Shown here piece after piece: positions 12,875 through 24,798 of a stretch of DNA of 64,000 bases. The notes under the pieces are model-generated. The model saw only the letters and a list, made by a program, of their open reading frames with translations. It did not search any database and was not told the origin of the DNA. The first letter of the stretch is position 1; each line of letters opens with the position of its first letter. A program made the position numbers and the translations under genes. This stretch comes from Felis catus (lineage: Eukaryota), in NCBI RefSeq assembly GCF_018350175.1, contig NC_058373.1:112098001-112162000 (forward strand), written 5' to 3'.

Positions 12875-13093
12875 GGGGTGCCTGGGTGGCTCAGTCGGTT
12901 AAGTGTCCGACTTCAGCTCAGGTCATGATCTCTCGGTTTGTGGGTTAGAGCCCCGCGTCGGGCTCTGTGCTGACAGCTCAGAGCCAGAGGTCTGCTTCAG
13001 ATTCTGTGTCTCCCTCTCTCTCTGCCCCTCCCCTGCTCATGGTCTGTCTCTCTCTGTCTCTCAATAATAAATAAACGTTTAAAAAAAAAAAAA
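12875..13093 (+). mobile_element. CAN-SINE
   Basis: Full SINEC, pure A tail, perfect 13-bp TSD aaaagatgaactc (12862-12874, 13094-13106). Confidence 0.96.
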
Positions 13094-13291
13094 AAAAGAT
13101 GAACTCTACATTGTGATAAGTATAGCATTGTCTCTATGTTTCTCTCCACTATTTCCACTCCGGACCCTTCTCTTTTCCAACCCAGTCACTTCACCAGTCC
13201 TTATATAATGTAGGTTTCAGCCACCTCAACACCTGCATTGGCCTCCTCTATAAATCCAGTTTGTAGGTAATTTTCAAAAAGAATGGCTCTC

Positions 13292-13496
13292 GGGGTGCCT
13301 GGGTGGCTCAGTCGGTTGAGCGTCCGACTTCCACTCAGGTCATGATCTCACGGTTCGTGAGTTGGAGCCCCAAGACGGTCTCTGAGCTGGCAGCTCGGAG
13401 CCTGGAGCCTGCTTCAGATTCTGTGTCCCCCTCTCTCTCCGCCCCACCCCTGTTTGTGCTCTGCCTCTATCTTTCAAAAATGAATAAACATAAAAA
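13292..13496 (+). mobile_element. CAN-SINE
   Basis: Full SINEC; TSD aaaaagaatggctctc / aaaaagtatggttctc (2 mismatches). Confidence 0.94.
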
Positions 13497-15054
13497 AAAA
13501 AGTATGGTTCTCAAGTCTGAACCCCAAGCTCACTATTACAAAGTACAATGGAATGGAACTTTTATTTCCCTTGAACTGGATAACTTGCTTGCTAATTCAG
13601 TCTTAAGTCCCATTAACTTTTTGGCAGCCTTTCCACACGAGGATGGGAAAGGGCCTTTCTAGCCCAAGGGCCAAGAAAAGGTGATTTACTTGGAGGGAAC
13701 CACCTGACTCCACCCATTTAAGTCCTTATTAAATGGAGAAGAAATGAGATCTTGAGTTATATAATTCATTTGTGATTATTACATTCTTTGAAAAGGTTAA
13801 GGTGCTTACCACAAAATATAAAACAGTAATCTGCATCTTTACTGCTGATATTTCAAGAAGGAGATTTGGAAATTTTGGAAGGCAAACATTCCACTAGAGT
13901 CTTAGGAGACAAAAAGGGTATTTGGGATGGAGTCTGACAATCAAGGAAAATGAAGATAAAGAGTAAAATTGATCCACAATTTCACAGTTTCTCCTATCCA
14001 GTTCAAAAGAAAATGTAGGCCTTTTCAAAAGCTAAAACTACCTTTAAAAACCAAGTATGATAGACTTCTTTCTTTTTTTAAGCCAATATTTTTAAACACT
14101 GCCCTTTTACCCTTGAAACCAGCACTCCTCCTCCCTGAAGATGGCCAGCCAGGGCACATTGCCCATCAGCAGAGAAGGGACATTCCAGCAAGAAGGCCTG
14201 CAATTATCATGTGATCAAAGCACAAGAAATTAACTGGAAGCAAGATCCATTTAGAATTTTTTTTTCCTCATTCAATTTGTAGCCAGGTCAATAATGATTT
14301 TTTTTTTTTTTTAATCTGGCAGGGATTCCATGTCCCATGCCATCCAAATGTATCTGGCACATCTGCAAAGCCATTACTTCCCTCCAGAGCCAGGCAGAGA
14401 AAAAAGAAGGAAGAGTGGCTTCACCAGGCTGAGTTTTGTAGTTCACCAGGCTGAGAACAATAGTAACCTGTGGCAGAAACAGAGCCTTACGATAACAAGG
14501 ATGGGAAGTCAAAACTCTCATACACTAACAAAGGGGCATTTTCACTGACAAGTAAGAGGAAAACAAGAGTTCCTTAACTCTTGCATGAAGAGATCAAACC
14601 AAGAAAGAAAGTAAAATCATCTGTCCCCTCAACCTGTACGTGGAACCAGAAATACAGAGGTCCAAGTACTCTAGGCCAGGATCTCTCTTTAGGAGATATA
14701 ACAGACAGGCAAAGAATGAATGATACGGAGAGACAGGCTGAGGGCGCAGATATGGAGAAATGAGACAAAGAAGATATGATTCAAGGAAGGCGAAGGAGAA
14801 AAAGTGAGGGGGAGAGAGAAATGCAGGAGGCCCCAACTGAGGGGGAAAGAAAAGTGGCAAAAGGAAATGAAATCAATAGCAGGATGAAAGTTAGAGAAAA
14901 GACATTTGATGGGCAAGAAATAATGGGAATCAAAATGAAAGGGAAAGGGAAGCAGAGTAATGAATGCAGGGTGGGCTGCAGAGACCCTGAGAACTGGATA
15001 AGACACTGAAGCTGTGTTCTTTATGCATTTCTTCGGGGGACTTAACAATTGTAA

Positions 15055-15290
15055 AGCATAGTCCACAGTGATTAATGTTTGCTATCCAAGAGCACTGACA
15101 TGGGGGTCAGGCCAGTCTTGATCCAGATCTTTGAACCTGACACTTAACTTTTTGAGTTTTAGTTTGTGCATCTGCACAACGGGGGTAATAACCTGCTTCA
15201 CTGGATTGTTATGAAGATTAAATAAAGTATATAAAATCCCACCACAATATATGATTCATAATGGATGCCTAATGAGTGTTAGTTTTCCCT
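15055..15290 (+). mobile_element. MIR SINE
   Basis: 'cacttaactttttgagttttagtttgtgcatctgcacaacgggggtaataacctgcttcactggattgttatgaagattaaat'. Confidence 0.65.
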
Positions 15291-15859
15291 CTTTCCCCAT
15301 ATTAGGCATTCTATACTAGTCTTTTTTTTATCATTAATAATGCACTGCCTCCCCACCCCACCCTGTGGATCTGGCATTTGACTGTTTAAATTCTTTAAGG
15401 GCAGAACCTGTGTCTGGTTCACCAGAGAAACCTCAGCATCTTGCATAGTATTGGCACAAATACAATAGAAGCAAGAGAAGAAACAGGAAGGGATAAGAGA
15501 TCAACATAACTATTCTATGGCATTGATGTTCTAGCATTGTTCCAGTTGAAATATATGGGTCCATAATCAGACTTCATGAACATTTTTGGGTTTATAAAAC
15601 TATCTCACATCATATACAGAAGAATAGAATTCACCCAATTCTCCAAATATCATTTCTTCTATGATTTCATCCATCTAGAAGACAGCCAGCATTCTGGAAA
15701 GAAATTATAGTAATTGAGACTGGCAAATGTTTCCTTAGAATCTTGAAAACATTCCCATCTGTTGCATAGAGGAGGCATGTTTTCCAAAGCGACTTCTGAA
15801 TGAATCATAAGCTGCAGCAGCTGTGAGAATGGGCTTCCCAAACTTCAAACTGCAAGAAA

Positions 15860-16267
15860 TGTAACTGACCAAGGGCCCCAAGCTTCTGCTGGCTCTGACA
15901 CCCATTAAAATTTGTCATGCTATGGTGCCAAGGCCACTCTTCCCACTGGCTGCTCCCAGGCAATGACTCAGCACAGCGAGGAGTCTAAGGCTGTCTCTCC
16001 TAGGAGACATGAGTGACTTTGGCCCAAGGACTTCCCTGGAGCTTTGCCAAACATCCTCTAGAACTTACCTTAACCCTCTCAGCAGTCTGGGGTGCTTCCA
16101 CCCAACATTTATTTCCTCTCTCCTTCACTCAAGGCCAGGCTTGCACCCTGATCTGATGGCTCTGGCAGACTCTTGCCTCCCTCTCACTTTCTCTGACATT
16201 TTCCTAGACATTCCCTTAATAAAATCCTGTCTTGGCATCTCCTTTCTGGAGTACCTGAACTGTCACA
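15860..16267 (+). mobile_element. ERVL solo LTR (LTR16-like)
   Basis: 'tggcccaaggacttccc', 'ccttaataaaatcctgtcttggcatctcctttctggagtacctgaactgtcaca' resemble the LTR16 3' end. Confidence 0.6.
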
Positions 16268-16383
16268 TGAGTCATCCTAAGCATGTCAATGAACAGGGAG
16301 GGAGACACGAAAGAGGTAGGGACAAGAGGATCATTACAAGACCATCCAGAGCAGTCTTCTTACATAAGCAATGGAACCATATC

Positions 16384-16390
16384 ATATATA

Positions 16391-16454
<64 letters not shown>

Positions 16455-16525
16455 CGTATATATATGTATATGTATATATGTATATATACATGTATATATG
16501 TATATACATATACATATATGTATAC

Positions 16526-16571
<46 letters not shown>
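16384..16571. repeat. Compound (TA)n(CA)n(TATG)n(TA)n microsatellite
   Basis: Directly visible; explains the YI-repeat ORFs in the track. Confidence 0.95.
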
Positions 16572-16572
<1 letters not shown>

Positions 16573-17994
16573 GTCTAATGAGATTGCAGTCATGAGAGAG
16601 GAGGAAGTCCCAGAAGAACCAGGAAGGACTAAGAGATATACATGACTATTCTAGATTTTAAGTTCGCAAGAGTGTTCTAATTCAAATATTCTGGACCACC
16701 ACCAGACCCTGTCTTTGAGCATGTAAAACATGTTCACATCAGAAACGGAAGAATAGAATTCACCCCAGTTCCTAAATATCATGTATACATATATACACGT
16801 GTGTGTGTACGTGTGTGTATGTGTTTATTTAGGAGCAGCAACATTTAAAGAAGGACATTTTGCATTGTTAATCTTTGTAAAAAAAAAAAAACAATCTCCA
16901 TTCTTGAATAGATAAAATAATTAAAATGTTTTAAAGCTTTCTTCTCCTGCCTGTATTCAGGCAAAATTTTCTTTCCTTTTGATGAGTTTTTATTCTTAAG
17001 AGTTCAGTTCTTTTGTTTAAACTGTAATTGAATCAAAGTTTTCCTTGATTATTTCATTTCTAGTGTACTCTTTGTTAGAATAGATAATGGATGATAGTCA
17101 GATGTATAGATAGATAGATAGACCTCGCAATTTTAGAAATCTAGTCTGTAATCTTCACATCGGTATAATTCAAGACTGTAACATTAGACCCTCTCATAAT
17201 GCTGAGCATATAGACAGCACTTGAAAAAATTTGGTTGATAAAGTCTTAACCTTGATCCTCATGAAGGCTGATTTCATACAAACAACTCCCAAAAGATTCT
17301 CTTTGCATTTCTTTCCCAGCATTTGCTAACCCCTTAAACAAGGCATATCTAGAAGGACTGAATTTAAAGCTGACTGGCACAATCCAGATCATGTGAAGTA
17401 TGGAAAGGGATTGTCAAATGCCCACATGGGAACTTCAGTTAGTTACTGGTTAACCCTAAATAAAGTCCATCCAAATACAGTGATTCAAAGTCCTTTGCAA
17501 CCACCCTTGGAGATCATTAAAATGTGAAATGTTCAAGGATACCCAACAGTCTCTGAGCAGTCTGAGAGGTTCTGGGATTGCTCCTGCACCATTGTTTTGG
17601 CTCCAGAAGATAAACCTGGAAGCAGAAATTGCTTGCTACCCAACTGACATTCAGATTCATTGAGTTTACATACCCAGGGTTCCCTTGGCCAATAGGGTTC
17701 AACTCTAAATGAAACAAGAACTTGGAGTCTGGCCAAAATGATCCCATGACCTAATTATTAATACCTTTCCAACATAACCTTGATGATCATATAGGCTGAC
17801 AATACCATTTTTCAGTGGCCTAGATTTTGAAAAAGAACAAATATTTTTGAAGAACAAAGATAAACCTTGATATGATGAGTTTGTTTCATTTGTTGTGATT
17901 TTTTTTTTGTCTCTCCCATCGTTTTTCCTACCACTCTGGATCCTACCCTTAGCCAACCAGGCACAACTATGAAGTAGGAAAATTTTGACCCTCA

Positions 17995-18460
17995 TGAATT
18001 CATTAAAAAATTACTTATTGAGAACATACTGTATTTCAGTCCTTAAAGTTATATTCTGAGAAGACCGTGATGAAAAAAATCAGCATACTTTCTGCCATTT
18101 GCAAAAAATTCAGCAAATTTCTGCTTTAAGTTTGGGAGGGATATGGCCAGTAATAAAGTAACTCCACAAATCAATACCTAATTTTAAACTATTAAGTGTG
18201 CTACAAAGAGCAGGATGCTATGGAGAATCCCAGAGAAAGTAACAGAGGGAGTAAGTTGTGAAACATGAGGAAGCGTTGACTCAGAAGAGCGGAGTAGACC
18301 GGGTAGAAGGAATATCTCCAGGCAAGTGGAAAAGCAGGAAGAAACACAGAGCATTTCAAAAACTAGAAGAGGGCTATAATGGCTGAGCCCCAAGCCCCTA
18401 GTGCAGTGAGATGAGACCACAGAAGGAGGCCACAGCCAGACCAGCAGGCCCTCACACATG
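17995..18460 (-). mobile_element. L2 3' fragment
   Basis: 'gaattcattaaaaaattacttattgagaacatactgt' and 'aagtgtgctacaaagagcaggatgctatggag'. Confidence 0.55.
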
Positions 18461-19059
18461 CCACAGCTCTGAAGATTTTCTCTCCTTAGACTTTTTCTAA
18501 TCCCCTCACCCCAGAGCCCTGTGTCCTCAGAGTTTTCTCAAGCTGGGATCTGACTCCGCTTTGCACACTCTCCTCATGCATTTCAATATCCTCTCTCACC
18601 TGTTTTCTTCCCCATGCAAACACCCAGGCTTTCATCCTGGGCCAGCCTGCAATAACACAATTGTAGAGACCCTGTCCCTTCCTGCTATTAGCGCTGCCTG
18701 AATTGCCCTGCTGCTTTTTCAGTGTGAGTGTCTTGTTTCTTTTTCTCTCTTTTAGCTTAGATTTATGCTCATATCCTCTCCACTTTGTTGCTGTATAAAT
18801 ACCTGCTAGAGCCCACTCTATAGTCCTTCACAAAGATATTAGACATCAAAAGAGAAAGCAAGGCCTCTCTGCTTTAACCAACAACAAGGAATCCCAGTCA
18901 CGGTTTCCAGATCTCTCATGGTGGGAAGACACTGTGGGCACCACATTGCTGGGACTCCTTTAACCTGCACATAAGCAACCACTATTTTTCCCAAATTGTA
19001 CGTATCTAGCTTCTAGAAGAAATATATGAGAAGGTCATTCACAGCTGTGTTCAATAAAC

Positions 19060-19286
19060 CCATGGTTCTCAACTGGGGGTGGGGATTATTTTGGCTCCCA
19101 GGCGACTTACACCAATGTCTGAAGACATTGTTGGTTGTCACGCTGGAGTTGGCAGGTGATGGTACCAGCAGCTAGAAACTGAGGATGCTGCTAACATCCT
19201 GAACATCCTCCAATGCACAGAATAACCCCCACAACAAAGAATTATTTGGCCCAAAATGTTAATAATGCTGAGATTGAAAAACCCTA
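19060..19286 (+). mobile_element. MER20 (hAT-Charlie MITE), full length
   Basis: 'ggttctcaactggggg...aatgtctgaagacattgttggttgtcac...cccacaacaaagaattatttggcccaaaatgt...ttgaaaaaccct'; perfect 8-bp TSD caataaac (19052-19059, 19287-19294). Confidence 0.9.
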
Positions 19287-19763
19287 CAATAAACTTCTCC
19301 AACTTTGAAGTGACAGTTCAAGGTCTATACCCCCTATGCCAGATTAATATCATTAATTTGCTATAATTAATATCATTCAGTGGCTAACCATCTCCACAAT
19401 GCATTCACATAATTACTAGCTATATTTGTATGTATTTTTGTTGATTGCACTTTCCTCCTTCTTGTCTCTCCAACTTAGATGTTTCGGGCCTTGAAATAGA
19501 TGATACTTTAATATACTTGGTGCACGCAGTAACGCAGCAAGACCTGAGCAGCTGGCATCCAGCAACCTTGTCCTGTGTTGGAAGAGAAGATTAGATTGTT
19601 GAAAAGTACCAGGTTTCCCTTTTGCTTTGCATATTCTCTTTAGGTAGGGGACCACTGCAGTGGAACCCAGGGCTGCCCTGTGTAGAGGCAGACAAGGATC
19701 TTTAATATTCAAGATAGGAGTGAACACGTTATAGTGACAAAAATACATCACTGCTGTCACCCT

Positions 19764-19922
19764 CCTTTCATGAGGACACCAGTTATGTCAGATCAGGGCC
19801 CCACCCTTATGATTTCATTTAACTTTAATTACTTCCTTAAAGGCCCCATCTCCAAACACAGTCACATTGGGGGTCAGGGCTTCAACGTGTGAATGAGGAG
19901 GCACACGATTCAGTTTATAACA
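19764..19922 (-). mobile_element. MLT1A-like LTR fragment
   Basis: 'cccacccttatgatttcatttaactttaattacttccttaaaggccccatctccaaacacagtcacattggggg'. Confidence 0.75.
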
Positions 19923-19929
19923 GTGGGCA

Positions 19930-20960
19930 AGTTTGGTGGCAGGCCAGTCAGAGAGGTGAAAGGTACAGCAGAAATCCAAGAAGAAAATGATGAGGCCTGC
20001 ACTGAGTTAGTGGGCATAGGGATAAAGAAAAGGGGAAGTATCTGAAAAACAGAAAGTCAGTAGGACTGATGAGACATAGTAACTGGTTAATTGTGGAATG
20101 ACTTCAGTAACTGAGTACGAGATAATCATGTGCTGAGGTGGAGGAAAAGCAGAATGTGGGAAAAAAATGAAGAGCTCACTTCTTCACTCTTGGTGTTGAG
20201 GTTTCTGGGGGATATACCAATGGAAAGATTAAACATGTGGTAGGATGTTTAATCCTACCTGGATTAGGATCCAGCCTAATCAGGCCTGGATCAGGAAAGA
20301 AATCTAGGCTGAAAAATAAGATTTGGGAATTGCCGGCATGGGTAGAGGCTGGCTGAGAACATGAGAATGGATGAAATCACCTAAGAAAAGTAAGTAGAGT
20401 GAAAAGAAAAGGTGGCCAAAATCCAAACCTCAGAAAGAAACCATTTAAAGAGTGGGTGGAATAAACGTTGCTTGTGAAGGTGCCGGAGAAAAAAGAACTA
20501 GGAAAGTAATTGAAAAATCAAGAGCATTTGAGGTCAAGGAAGCCGGGGAGAAGAGTTCAGGAAAGGCCTGGTCAGCAGGGCCAAATGCCACCCAAACATG
20601 AACAGTGTGACTTAAAAATGGATGCAGCAGGCAGATAGGAGGGCCCCCCATGGGAAGAGATCTAGCACTGCACAAGAGGCAGGAGCCACGCTTGGGGGTT
20701 GGAATGGGGGCACAAGGAAGGGGTGACATTGAGTAAACTAATCCTGTCAATTTACCGTGTGAAGGAAATGACAAGGGAAGAATGCAAACAAAGGGGAATG
20801 TAGAAGCAAATTAAGGACCTGTTGTTCACATAAGAGGCTTAAACACATTTATGTGCTGAAGGGGATGTGCCAGTAAACAGTAGATTGGAAATACAACCAA
20901 GCGTAGAACACTGAGGGCATAAGGATTCCAAGGAAGCAGGGAGTGCAATTCTGGGTCCAG
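19930..20960 (-). mobile_element. L2 LINE fragment
   Basis: Purine-rich antisense L2 motifs such as 'gaaatctaggctgaaaaataagatttgggaattg' and 'gagaatggatgaaatcacctaag'. Confidence 0.6.
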
Positions 20961-22619
20961 ATGGAAGGAACACATCGGGCATAAGAACCTTTTGAATGGA
21001 TAGATTATAGCCCTGAAGTCAAAAAACTCAACATGCCAAGGCTCCTACTTCTCCCTCTCCCATCTTCATGTTACCACTTCTGCTTTACTAGAGCCTTTGC
21101 CCTGTTCAGACATCTTATTTTTCAGGACAAACACATTTTTCCAGTTGGGCTATCATAAGCTAGCCATCTGGGACTTAACACAGTCCCAGGGGCCTAGTAG
21201 TTTCAATAAATATTTGTTGAATAAAAACCTAGGGGTGGGGCCTTAGCTTGTTCAATGCAGACCTTATACCTTCCCATGGTCACCAGAGAATGGACCATAA
21301 AGAAAAGGCAGACCTACTTTCAGGGAAGGTCTCTGGGAAAGATTCATTATTCATTCTACAAACATTAACTGAGTGCATGGTACTGCCTTTAGCCACCGAA
21401 CAGATGGCCCAAGGCAGCTGATTCATAAGGACTCCTCCAAACTGGAGGATTCCCTTCTCCCCACAAATGACAACTCAGTGGCGTCTACACGCACCCATCT
21501 GCCACAAACTGGAGCCCAAATATTCTCTCTGAATCCCCGGCATTGAAAAGCAGATCACTATCAATTTTTCTTTCTGTCAACAGGAGCTGAGGAATAATTA
21601 TGTCCAATTGACATAAGCAATTCCAATTGCCTTCAGAATTTGGCCTGAAGCCCAATTATATTTCTCTAGCTTGTGCCACAGTATATGAACAGTACAATTT
21701 GTCTTATTTCTTTCTCCCACTTTTTAGAATATTCAGGAAAATTTGGCTCACTGAACCCAACCAAGCATGTTCTTTAAGAATAATTTTGAGCACGATCCAT
21801 AAGCCAAGTTAATATGATATATATTCTGAGAGAAATTCAGTTGAAAGCATCTAGATATATTATTTTTAAATTATATGCACATGAGTAAAGTATATTTCAC
21901 ACAAATAATTTTAAAATGCTGTTGCTAGGTTGAATATAAATTAAGGTTGTAAATGTGTACATTCAGGGGTGCGCATGTGCACGCACACACACACAGTCTC
22001 AAATTCACCCCTGAGCTGTTTTGTAAAAATTATTTTCTAAGCTGGTTGTTTGAAATTTAGATTGTACATTTCCACAGAAAATGCCATGAATGCTGGGCAG
22101 CTTCCCAGGGTTATCTCTAAAAACCAACTTTACTTATAATTAGATGAACTAGGTAGGACTGGTCTGATTCTTGGGAACAGTGAAGTGCCTATGTGTTCAA
22201 TAGGGAAGAAAAAAGAGGTCAGGGGACCATTGGATAGGAAAAGAAAATCAGCTCCAGCTAAAATTTTGCATTCTCCCCTTTCCAAGTGCCACCCCTCCCC
22301 CCCCCCCCACCCCCACCGGCATGCTGCACTAAGTCTTATGTTCTGGAATCCTTTTCCCAAGCTCAGACCTTCACTTGATGTCTAAGTCTCCATGTACCAA
22401 CTGTGCTTATCCCTGCCCATCACCAAAATCTGTATTCCCTCAGAAGCACAAATCTTACCCCATGAACAGACCAGCCCTGCCCAAGCACTTGTCCTCAGGA
22501 ACCCACTGGTGATACAAGACCAAAGGAGGGTTTGTTTGGCTCATTCAGTATAGGCTTGCTGAGTCTTGTTTTCTTTTTTTTTCAAACTGCATTAAGTACT
22601 AATATTCTAAAATCAAGAG

Positions 22620-23412
22620 TAGAGAACAGATACTACTAACACTCACCAATATCCACTTATCTTCTTCTGAGCACACTTCCCAGCCCCTTTGTAGTTGGCA
22701 GGGCCACATGACTGCCTCGGGCCAACGGACTATAAGCAAAAAGGGCATCTGTCTTTGAGGCTGAGGCAGGGAAAAGCTCCTGTGTGTGTCCCAGTCTTTC
22801 TGTTTCTCTGTGTGTTAGTTTCCTAGGGCTGCTATAACAACATACCAAAAACCAAGTGGGTTAAACAACAGAAATTACTGTCTCAGAGTTCTGGAGGTCT
22901 AGAAGCTTGAGATCAAGGGATTGGCCAGGCCATACTCTCTCCAAAGGCCCTAGGGAAGGATCTGTTGCAGGACTCCATCTTTGCCTCTGCCAGTGCCTTG
23001 GCTTGAGACCACACGACTCCACATCCTTACATGGCATTCTCCCTGTGTCTGTGTCTCTGTGTCCAAAATTTCCCATTTTTAGAAGCACAACAGCCATATT
23101 GGATTGGGGCCTACCTGATGACCTCACTTCAACATGATTACTTCTGTAAAGACCCTGTCTCTAAATAAGGTAACATTCTCAGGTTAAACCTCCAACATAT
23201 CTTTTTAAGGGGATTAGGTTCAGCCCATAATACAACACAATTCAACCCACTAGGAACATGGAGACCTGGTGTTGACATAGCAGAGCCTGGATTGCTGGCT
23301 CCCAGACTCTGAGAGGACTTCACATGAGGAAGAAATAAATTTTTGTTAAGCCACTGGAATTTGGGGGTTGTTTGCTATCACAGCATAGGCTAGCCTAACC
23401 ACCTAATGATGC
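22620..23412 (+). mobile_element. Old MaLR LTR (MLT1H/J-like) split by a younger MLT1
   Basis: 'cacttcccagccccttt...ggccacatgact' on the left; 'aagaaataaatttttgttaagccactggaatttgggggttgtttgctatcacagcata' on the right. Confidence 0.6.
22811..23240 (-). mobile_element. MLT1B/C-like MaLR LTR
   Basis: 'tgtgttagtttcctagggctgctataacaa...aaacaacagaaatt...ttctggagg...tcagcccataa'. Confidence 0.8.
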
Positions 23413-24304
23413 AGGAATATTTCATGTAAAAATCCAGGTTTCTTCCCTGGAAGATCTAGCCTTCTAGATTTACACCTCAGTGGCAACCACCAGCAGGCAA
23501 CTGAAGAGTAGCAGTTTCCCTCAGACTGAACCAAATACTGCTCCCCAGGCCTCAGTTCACTACAACCCCCACTACTCCCTATCATCACCCCTCAACCACT
23601 TTCCCTTCCATGTGTGTTCTTGTTTTCCTTAATCTCCATGCTTTATATGATTATATTACCTGCCTAGCCTCTTTAAGCTTGTGAATCCACCAAGTCTACT
23701 CCGCACTGGTCCTCTTGTTCATGGCTGTCTCCTTATTTCCCTTTCTGAACTTTTAAATTATAATTTGTGTGTGTGTTCTCAGTAGCTCCATAGATAGCTA
23801 CGTTATATTGGTGGAGTAAGTCCCTTCTAGCTCAGAGTTCATAATTACCTATTTGCCTGTTCACTTTTAATGTAGAGGCATATTATCATCTGTTTATCAA
23901 TGAAGAAACTTAAGAGTAACAAATTAGGTGATATACCCACTGTCCCAGAATGGGAGATTGGTGAAGACAGAGTTTGCAGTCCCTAAGACTGAAAAGCTGT
24001 GTTCTTTCGAACCTCTGGGTCTCCATTTCCTCACAGAAAAGTGAAGCTATTAGACAAGAAGTAGGAGTTTCCGAATTTAAGTTTAGTTGTGGAAGTTTTA
24101 TTCTAGTCAAAGCTCGACATGGAGCAGCCACAAGTAGGTAAGTGGCTCTGGCTGACCTAGAGGTGAACTCCCAAGTCAGATAAGTGACATGTTGAGACCA
24201 GCATATGTTTTGACCAAGAAACATTTTAACTCAGGAGAAAATACAATCAATTAAACTTCTGACTTTAAAAAAATAATTGCCAGTTTTCTCTTTTAATTAC
24301 CAAA

Positions 24305-24798
24305 TGTAGTAGATATATCCACATCAAAAAGATATATCCACATCCTAATCCCAGAACTTATGAATATTACCTTATATGGTAAAAGACTGAATGTTGCCTT
24401 ATTTGGAAAAAGGATCTTTGCAGGTATAATTAAGTTACTTAAATTATGGAGCTTGAGATGAGGATGTGATTCTGGATTATCTGGGTGGACCCTAAATCCC
24501 ATGACAAGTATCTTTATAAGAAACAGAAGACACAGACACAGACACAGAGGAAAAGACCATATGAAAACATAGGCAGAGATTGGAGTTCTGCAGTCATACA
24601 CCAAGAAATACCCAGATCCATCTTCTGGAAAGGAAAGATTCAGGGAAAGATTCTCCCCTAGAGACTTCGGAAGAAGCACAGCCCTGCTGACAGTTGATTT
24701 TGGATTTATGGCCTCCAGAACCATGAGAGAATAAATTTCTGTTATTTTAAGCTGCCAAGTATGTGGGAATTTGTTACAGCAGCCAGGAAACTAATACA
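24305..24798 (+). mobile_element. MLT1C/D-like MaLR solo LTR
   Basis: TG...CA ends; 'ctggattatctgggtggaccctaaatcc', 'ggcctccagaaccatgagagaataaatttctgttattttaagc...aggaaactaataca'. Confidence 0.85.

Larger units (their letters stand above)
22505..23700 (+). mobile_element. MER102-like hAT-Charlie element split by nested LTRs (pieces ~22505-22619 and ~23415-23700)
   Basis: Left piece ends 'tttgtttggctc...aatattctaaaatcaagag'; right piece resumes 'atttcatgtaaaaatccaggtttc...cagttcactacaacccccactactccctat'. Confidence 0.45.

Noticed and set aside
16009..16645. Several long overlapping ORFs (up to 189 aa)
   Set aside because: They stay open only because they cross an LTR and a stop-free (TA)/(CA) microsatellite.
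21990..22130. Possible Tigger-type DNA transposon fragment
   Set aside because: Resemblance too weak to call without a profile search.
24309..24415. Short internal duplications (agatatatccacatc twice; tgaat.tt.ccttat.tgg.aaaag twice)
   Set aside because: Small duplications inside an MLT1 LTR, with no sign of function.
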